A stretch of 64,000 nt of DNA from Escherichia phage slur14, in sequence record NC_028448.1; one strand, written 5' to 3'. This document shows, piece by piece, positions 57,938 to 64,000 of the stretch. The number at the start of each line of letters is the position of its first letter. Positions within the stretch are counted from its first letter, which is position 1. The translations under genes were made by a program, and so were the position numbers. The notes below the pieces were generated by a model. It had not been told where the DNA came from. It searched no databases and saw nothing but the letters and a program-made list of their open reading frames with translations.

Positions 57938-60900
57938 ATGGCCGAGATTAAAAGAAAGTTCAGAGCAGAAGATGGTCTGGACGCAGGTGGCGATAAAATA
58001 ATCAACGTAGCTTTAGCTGATCGTACCGTAGGAACTGACGGTGTTAACGTTGATTACTTAATTCAAGAAAACACAGTTCAACAATACGATCCAACTCGTG
58101 GATATTTAAAAGATTTTGTAATCATTTATGATAACCGCTTTTGGGCTGCTATAAATGATATTCCAAAACCGGCAGGAGCTTTTAATAGCGGACGCTGGAG
58201 AGCATTACGTACCGATGCTAACTGGATTACAGTCTCATCTGGTTCATATCAATTAAAATCCGGTGAAGCTATTTCGGTTAACACTGCAGCTGGTAATGAT
58301 ATTACATTTACTTTACCATCTACCCCAATTGACGGTGATACTATCGTTCTCCAAGATATTGGAGGAAAACCTGGAGTTAACCAAGTTTTAATTGTAGCTC
58401 CAGTGCAAAGTATTGTAAACTTTAGAGGTGAACAGGTACGTTCAGTACTAATGACTCATCCAAAGTCACAGCTAGTTTTAATTTTTAGTAATCGTCTGTG
58501 GCAAATGTATGTAGCTGATTATAGTAGAGAAGCTGTAGTTGTAACACCAGCGAATACTTATCAAGCGCAATCTAATGATTTTATCGTGCGTAGATTTACT
58601 TCTGCTGCACCAATTAATGTTAAACTTCCAAGATTTGCTAATCATGGCGATATTATTAATTTCGTCGATTTAGATAAACTGAATCCACTTTATCATACAA
58701 TTGTTACTACATACGATGAAACGACTTCAGTACAAGAAGTTGGAACTCATTCCATTGAAGGCCGTACATCGATTGACGGTTTCTTGATGTTTGATGATAA
58801 TGAGAAATTGTGGAGATTGTTTGACGGTGACAGTAAAGCGCGTTTACGCATTATAACGACTAATTCTAATATTCGTCCAAATGAAGAAGTCATGGTATTT
58901 GGTGCGAATAACGGAACAACTCAGACAATTGAACTTCAGCTTCCAACTAATATTTCTGTTGGTGATACTGTTAAAATTTCCATGAATTACATGAGAAAAG
59001 GACAAACAGTTAAAATCAAAGCTGCCGGTGAAGATAAAATTGCTTCTTCAGTTCAATTGCTGCAATTCCCAAAACGCTCAGAATATCTGCCTGAGGCTGA
59101 ATGGGTAACAGTTCAAGAATTAGTTTTTAATGGTGAAACTAATTATGTTCCAGTTTTACAACTTGCTTATATAGAAGATTCTGATGGAAAATACTGGGTT
59201 GTGCAACAAAATGTTCCAACTGTAGAAAGAGTTGATTCTTTAAATGATTCTACTAGAGCAAGATTAGGCGTAATTGCTTTAGCTACACAAGCTCAAGCTA
59301 ACGTCGATTTAGAAAATTCTCCACAAAAAGAATTAGCAATTACTCCAGAAACATTAGCTAACCGTACTGCTACAGAAACTCGTAGAGGTATCGCAAGAAT
59401 AGCAACTACTGCTCAAGTGAATCAGAACACCACATTCTCTTTTGCAGATGACCTTATCATTACTCCTAAAAAGCTGAATGAAAGAACTGCTACAGAAACT
59501 CGCAGAGGTGTTGCTGAAATTGCTACGCAGCAAGAAACTAATACAGGAACCGATGATACTACAATCATCACTCCTAAAAAGCTTCAAGCTCGTCAAGGTT
59601 CTGAATCATTATCTGGTATTGTAACTTTTGTATCTACTGCAGGTGCTACTCCAGCTTCTAGCCGTGAATTAAATGGTACAAATGTTTATAATAAAAACAC
59701 TAATAATTTAGTTGTTTCACCTAAAGCTTTGGATCAGTATAAAGCTACGCCTACTCAACAGGGTGCAGTAATTTTAGCAGTTGAAAGTGAAGTAATTGCT
59801 GGACAAAGTCAGCAAGGATGGGCAAATGCTGTTGTAACGCCAGAAACGTTACATAAAAAGACATCAACTGATGGAAGAATTGGTTTAATTGAAATTGCTA
59901 CGCAAAGTGAAGTTAATACAGGAACTGATTATACTCGTGCAGTCACTCCTAAAACTTTAAATGACCGTAGAGCAACTGAAAGTTTAAGTGGTATAGCTGA
60001 AATTGCTACACAAGTTGAATTCGACGCAGGCGTCGACGATACTCGTATCTCTACACCATTAAAAATTAAAACCAGATTTAATAGTACTGATCGTACTTCT
60101 GTTGTTGCTCTATCTGGATTAGTTGAATCAGGAACTCTCTGGGACCATTATACACTTAATATTCTTGAAGCAAATGAGACACAGCGCGGTACACTTCGTG
60201 TAGCTACACAAGTTGAAGCTGCTGCAGGAACATTAGATAATGTTTTAATAACTCCTAAAAAGCTTTTAGGTACTAAATCTACTGAAGCACAGGAAGGTGT
60301 TATTAAAGTTGCAACCCAGTCTGAAACTGTGACTGGAACGTCAGCGAACACTGCTGTATCTCCAAAAAATTTAAAATGGATTGTGCAGAGTGAACCTACT
60401 TGGGCAGCTACTACTGCGATAAGAGGTTTTGTTAAAACTTCATCTGGTTCAATTACATTCGTTGGTAATGATACAGTCGGTTCTACACAAGATTTAGAAC
60501 TGTATGAGAAAAATAGCTATGCAGTATCACCATATGAATTAAACCGTGTATTAGCAAATTATTTGCCGTTAAAAGCAAAAGCTGCTGATACAAATTTATT
60601 GGATGGTCTAGATTCATCTCAGTTCATTCGTAGGGATATTGCACAGACGGTTAATGGTTCACTAACCTTAACCCAACAAACGAATCTGAGTGCCCCTCTT
60701 GTATCATCTAGTACTGCTACGTTTGGTGGTTCAGTTTCGGCAAATAGTACATTAACTATTTCTAATACTGGAACGGCAACTCGTCTGATTTTTGAGAAAG
60801 GACCTCAGACTGGAACTAACCCAGCACAGACGATGACTATCAGAGTATGGGGAAATCAGTTTGGTGGCGGATCAGATACAACACGTTCTACTGTATTTGA

Positions 60901-61807
60901 AGTTGGTGATGAAACGTCTAATCATTTTTATTCTCAACGTAATAAAGATGGGAATATAGCGTTTAGCATTAATGGTACTGTAATGCCAATAAACATTAAT
61001 GCTTCCGGTTTGATGAATGTGAATGGTGTTGCAACATTCGGTCGTTCAGTTACAGCCAATGGTGAATTCATTAGCAAGTCTGCAAATGCTTTCAGAGCAA
61101 TAAATGGTGATTATGGATTCTTTATCAGGAATGATGGCGGTAGCACATATTTTATGCTTACTGCATCTGGTGATCAGACTGGCGGATTTAATGGATTACG
61201 TCCATTATCAATTAATAATGCATCTGGCCAAGTAACGATTGGTGAAAGCTTAATCATTGCCAAAGGTGCTACTATAAATTCAGGTGGTTTGACTGTTAAC
61301 TCGAGAATTCGTTCTCAGGGTACTAAAACATCTGATTTATACACCCGTGCACCAACATCTGATACTGTAGGATTCTGGTCAATTGATATTAACGATTCAG
61401 CCACTTATAACCAGTTTCCGGGTTATTTTAAAATGGTTGAAAAAACTAATGAAGTGACTGGGCTTCCATACTTAGAACGTGGAGAAGAAGTTAAATCTCC
61501 TGGTACACTGACTCAGTTTGGTAACACACTTGATTCGCTTTACCAAGATTGGATTACTTATCCAACGACGCCAGAAGCGCGTACCACTCGCTGGACACGT
61601 ACATGGCAGAAAACCAAAAACTCTTGGTCAAGTTTTGTTCAGGTATTTGACGGAGGTAACCCTCCTCAACCGTCTGATATCGGTGCTTTACCATCTGATA
61701 ATGCTACAATGGGAAATCTTACTATTCGTGATTTCTTACGAATTGGTAATGTTCGCATTATTCCTGACCCAGTGAATAAAACTGTTAAATTTGAATGGGT
61801 TGAATAA
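57938..61807 (+). CDS. 34: Long tail fibre proximal subunit gp34
   Basis: 1289 aa; internal repeated TPKKL/ATQ motifs; length as T4 gp34. Confidence 0.9.
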   Translation: MAEIKRKFRAEDGLDAGGDKIINVALADRTVGTDGVNVDYLIQENTVQQYDPTRGYLKDFVIIYDNRFWAAINDIPKPAGAFNSGRWRALRTDANWITVSSGSYQLKSGEAISVNTAAGNDITFTLPSTPIDGDTIVLQDIGGKPGVNQVLIVAPVQSIVNFRGEQVRSVLMTHPKSQLVLIFSNRLWQMYVADYSREAVVVTPANTYQAQSNDFIVRRFTSAAPINVKLPRFANHGDIINFVDLDKLNPLYHTIVTTYDETTSVQEVGTHSIEGRTSIDGFLMFDDNEKLWRLFDGDSKARLRIITTNSNIRPNEEVMVFGANNGTTQTIELQLPTNISVGDTVKISMNYMRKGQTVKIKAAGEDKIASSVQLLQFPKRSEYLPEAEWVTVQELVFNGETNYVPVLQLAYIEDSDGKYWVVQQNVPTVERVDSLNDSTRARLGVIALATQAQANVDLENSPQKELAITPETLANRTATETRRGIARIATTAQVNQNTTFSFADDLIITPKKLNERTATETRRGVAEIATQQETNTGTDDTTIITPKKLQARQGSESLSGIVTFVSTAGATPASSRELNGTNVYNKNTNNLVVSPKALDQYKATPTQQGAVILAVESEVIAGQSQQGWANAVVTPETLHKKTSTDGRIGLIEIATQSEVNTGTDYTRAVTPKTLNDRRATESLSGIAEIATQVEFDAGVDDTRISTPLKIKTRFNSTDRTSVVALSGLVESGTLWDHYTLNILEANETQRGTLRVATQVEAAAGTLDNVLITPKKLLGTKSTEAQEGVIKVATQSETVTGTSANTAVSPKNLKWIVQSEPTWAATTAIRGFVKTSSGSITFVGNDTVGSTQDLELYEKNSYAVSPYELNRVLANYLPLKAKAADTNLLDGLDSSQFIRRDIAQTVNGSLTLTQQTNLSAPLVSSSTATFGGSVSANSTLTISNTGTATRLIFEKGPQTGTNPAQTMTIRVWGNQFGGGSDTTRSTVFEVGDETSNHFYSQRNKDGNIAFSINGTVMPININASGLMNVNGVATFGRSVTANGEFISKSANAFRAINGDYGFFIRNDGGSTYFMLTASGDQTGGFNGLRPLSINNASGQVTIGESLIIAKGATINSGGLTVNSRIRSQGTKTSDLYTRAPTSDTVGFWSIDINDSATYNQFPGYFKMVEKTNEVTGLPYLERGEEVKSPGTLTQFGNTLDSLYQDWITYPTTPEARTTRWTRTWQKTKNSWSSFVQVFDGGNPPQPSDIGALPSDNATMGNLTIRDFLRIGNVRIIPDPVNKTVKFEWVE

Positions 61808-61815
61808 GAGGTATT

Positions 61816-62934
61816 ATGGAAAAATTTATGGCAGAGTTTGGACAAGGATATGTCCAAACGCCATTTTTATCGGAAAGCAATTCAGTAAGATATAAAATAA
61901 GTATAGCGGGTTCTTGCCCGCTTTCTACTGCAGAAGGACCATACGTTAAATTTCAGGATAATCCTGTTGGAAGTCAAACATTTAGCGCAGGACTTCATTT
62001 AAGAGTTTTTGACCCTTCTACAGGAGCATTAGTTGATAGTAAGTCATATGCTTTTTCGACTTCAAATGATACTACATCAGCTGCTTTTGTTAGTTTCATG
62101 AATTCTTTTTCAAACAACAGACTTGTTGCTATATTAACCAGTGGAAAGGTTAATTTTCCTCCTGAGGTAGTATCTTGGCTAAGAACCGCTGGAACGTCTG
62201 CTTTTCCATCTGACTCTGTACTGTCAAGATTCGACGTATCATATGCTGCTTTTTATACTTCTTCTAAAAGAGCTATTGCATTAGAGCATGTTAAACTGAG
62301 TAATAGAAAAAGCACAGATGATTATCAAACTATTTTAGATGTTGTATTTGACAGTTTAGAAGACGTCGGAGCTACCGGCTTTCCAAGAAGAACGTATGAA
62401 AGCGTTGAGCAATTTATGTCAGCGGTTGGTGGAACTAATAACGAAATTGCGCGTCTACCAACTTCGGCTGCAATAAGTAAACTCTCTGATTATAATTTAA
62501 TTCCTGGTGATGTTCTTTATCTTAAAACACAGCTATACGCCGATGCTGATTTACTTGCTCTTGGAACTACAAATATATCTATCCGTTTTTATAATGCATC
62601 AAATGGATATATTTCCTCGACACAAGCTGAATTTACTGGGCAAGCTGGGTCATGGGAATTAAAGGAAGATTATGTAGTTGTTCCAGAAAACGCAGTAGGA
62701 TTTACGATATATGCACAGAGAACTGCTAAAGCTGGCCAAGGTGGCATGAGAAATTTAAGCTTTTCTGAAGTATCAAGAAATGGCGGCATTTCAAAACCTG
62801 CTGAATTTGGCGTCAATGGTATTCGTGTTAATTATATCTGCGAATCTGCTTCACCTCCGGATATAATGGTACTTCCTACACAAGCATCGTCTAAAACTGG
62901 TAAAGTGTTTGGGCAAGAATTTAGAGAAGTATAA
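61816..62934 (+). CDS. 35: Long tail fibre hinge connector gp35
   Basis: 372 aa ORF; synteny. Confidence 0.85.
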   Translation: MEKFMAEFGQGYVQTPFLSESNSVRYKISIAGSCPLSTAEGPYVKFQDNPVGSQTFSAGLHLRVFDPSTGALVDSKSYAFSTSNDTTSAAFVSFMNSFSNNRLVAILTSGKVNFPPEVVSWLRTAGTSAFPSDSVLSRFDVSYAAFYTSSKRAIALEHVKLSNRKSTDDYQTILDVVFDSLEDVGATGFPRRTYESVEQFMSAVGGTNNEIARLPTSAAISKLSDYNLIPGDVLYLKTQLYADADLLALGTTNISIRFYNASNGYISSTQAEFTGQAGSWELKEDYVVVPENAVGFTIYAQRTAKAGQGGMRNLSFSEVSRNGGISKPAEFGVNGIRVNYICESASPPDIMVLPTQASSKTGKVFGQEFREV

Positions 62935-62939
62935 ATTGA

Positions 62940-62966
62940 GGGAGCCTTCGGGTTCCCTTTTTCTTT
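62940..62966 (+). terminator. Terminator-like hairpin after gene 35
   Basis: GGGAGCC-TTCG-GGTTCCC followed by tttttcttt. Confidence 0.55.
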
Positions 62967-62973
62967 ATAAATA
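62966..62973 (+). promoter_or_regulatory. Late promoter motif TATAAATA upstream of gene 36
   Basis: Exact TATAAATA 24 nt before gene 36 ATG. Confidence 0.5.
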
Positions 62974-62996
62974 CTATTAAAATAAAGGGGCATACA

Positions 62997-63659
62997 ATGG
63001 CTGATTTAAAAGTAGGTTCAACAACCGGAGGCTCTGTCATTTGGCATCAAGGAAATTTTCCATTGAATCCAGCCGGTGACGATGTACTCTATAAATCATT
63101 TAAAATATATTCAGAATATAATAAACCACAAGCTGCTGATAACGATTTCGTTTCTAAAGCTAATGGTGGTACTTACGCTGCGACTGTTCGATTTAATGGA
63201 GGCGTACATGTTCCTACTATAGGTAGTAATCAACAGTGCGGTGTTTATCCAGGTAACGGTGATGCAGCTACTTTTGCTATGGCAAATATTGACATCGTTT
63301 CGTGGAATGGTATTGGTTTTAAATCATCACAAGGTTCAGCAGACCGAACTGTTGTAATTAATGCACGTAATGGTGATATTAGTACAAAAGGCATTGTGAC
63401 AGCAGTAGGTCAAATAAGAAGTAATGCAGTTTCTCCTGTATCAGCAAATGACCTTACTAGAAAGGACTATGTTGATGGAGCAATAAATACTGTTACAGCA
63501 AATGCGAACTCTAGAGTGTTGCGTTCTGGTGACACTATGACAGGTAATTTAACGGCGCCAAACTTTTTCTCGCAGAATCCCGCATCTCAACCTTCACATG
63601 TTCCACGATTTGACCAAATCGTAATTAAGGATTCTGTTCAAGATTTCGGCTATTATTAA
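62997..63659 (+). CDS. 36: Long tail fibre distal connector gp36
   Basis: 220 aa ORF; synteny. Confidence 0.85.
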   Translation: MADLKVGSTTGGSVIWHQGNFPLNPAGDDVLYKSFKIYSEYNKPQAADNDFVSKANGGTYAATVRFNGGVHVPTIGSNQQCGVYPGNGDAATFAMANIDIVSWNGIGFKSSQGSADRTVVINARNGDISTKGIVTAVGQIRSNAVSPVSANDLTRKDYVDGAINTVTANANSRVLRSGDTMTGNLTAPNFFSQNPASQPSHVPRFDQIVIKDSVQDFGYY

Positions 63660-63667
63660 GAGGACTT

Positions 63668-64000
63668 ATGGCTACTTTAAAACAAATACAATTTAAAAGA
63701 AGCAAAACCGCAGGTGCACGTCCTGCTGCTTCAGTATTAGCCGAAGGTGAATTGGCTATAAACTTAAAAGATAGAACAATTTTTACTAAAGATGATTCAG
63801 GAAATATCATTGATTTAGGTATTGCTAAAGGCGGTCAAATTGATGGAAATGTAACTATCAATGGTCTTTTGAGATTAAATGGCGATTATGTACAAACGGG
63901 TGGAATGACTGTAAATGGACCTATTGGTTCTACTGATGGCGTAACAGCAAAAGTTTTCAGATCTACACAGGGTTCATTTTATGCAAGAGCAACAAACGAT
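63668..64000 (+). CDS. 37: Long tail fibre distal subunit gp37, N-terminal 111 codons (3' end beyond window)
   Basis: ATG at 63668 with RBS aagagga; [39 protein letters not shown]; frame open to window end. Confidence 0.8.
   Translation, partial: MATLKQIQFKRSKTAGARPAASVLAEGELAINLKDRTIFTKDDSGNIIDLGIAKGGQIDGNVTINGLLRLNGDYVQTGGMTVNGPIGSTDGVTAKVFRSTQGSFYARATND

Noticed and set aside
57938-61807. Repeated TPKKL / ATETRRG motifs in gene 34 as a separate repeat feature
   Set aside because: These are known internal beta-structure repeats of the long tail fibre proximal subunit and are described under the CDS rather than as a DNA repeat

Overview
This window is a contiguous segment of a T4-like (T-even, Tequatrovirus-type) myovirus genome, running from the 3' end of gene 12 (short tail fibre) to the 5' end of gene 37 (distal long tail fibre). 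Protein sequences and gene order are collinear with phage T4 as recalled from memory; no database search was run. The plus-strand blocks (1-16.4 kb, 24.5-30.8 kb, 57.9-64 kb) are late structural genes: neck, terminase, sheath, tube, portal, prohead core, capsid, baseplate hub and long tail fibres. They are preceded by TATAAATA late-promoter motifs and followed by GC-stem/T-tract terminators. The minus-strand blocks (16.4-24.5 kb, 30.8-57.8 kb) are early/middle genes: RNA ligases, DNA ligase, Alt, dCMP deaminase, polynucleotide kinase, spanins, ribonucleotide reductase, thymidylate synthase, dihydrofolate reductase, gp32, gp59, RNase H and many small ORFs. No tRNA, rRNA, CRISPR array, transposase or integrase was found. 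The most interesting points are: (1) an extra 123-codon ORF inserted exactly at the normally overlapping frd/td junction; (2) a decayed duplicate of the alt 5' region next to alt, flanked by a 54-bp early-promoter cassette that recurs perfectly upstream of alc; (3) a Hoc protein expanded to six Ig-like domains by four tandem 288-bp repeats; (4) a NADAR/YbiA-like ORF in the same early cluster as Alt, a possible counter-defence candidate; (5) a GC-rich, ORF-poor 360-400 bp island between rIII and the 30.x cluster; and (6) uninterrupted td and nrdB with no homing-endonuclease-sized ORFs at the junctions where T4 carries them. I did not find a clearly novel multi-gene system; these are the candidates worth follow-up.
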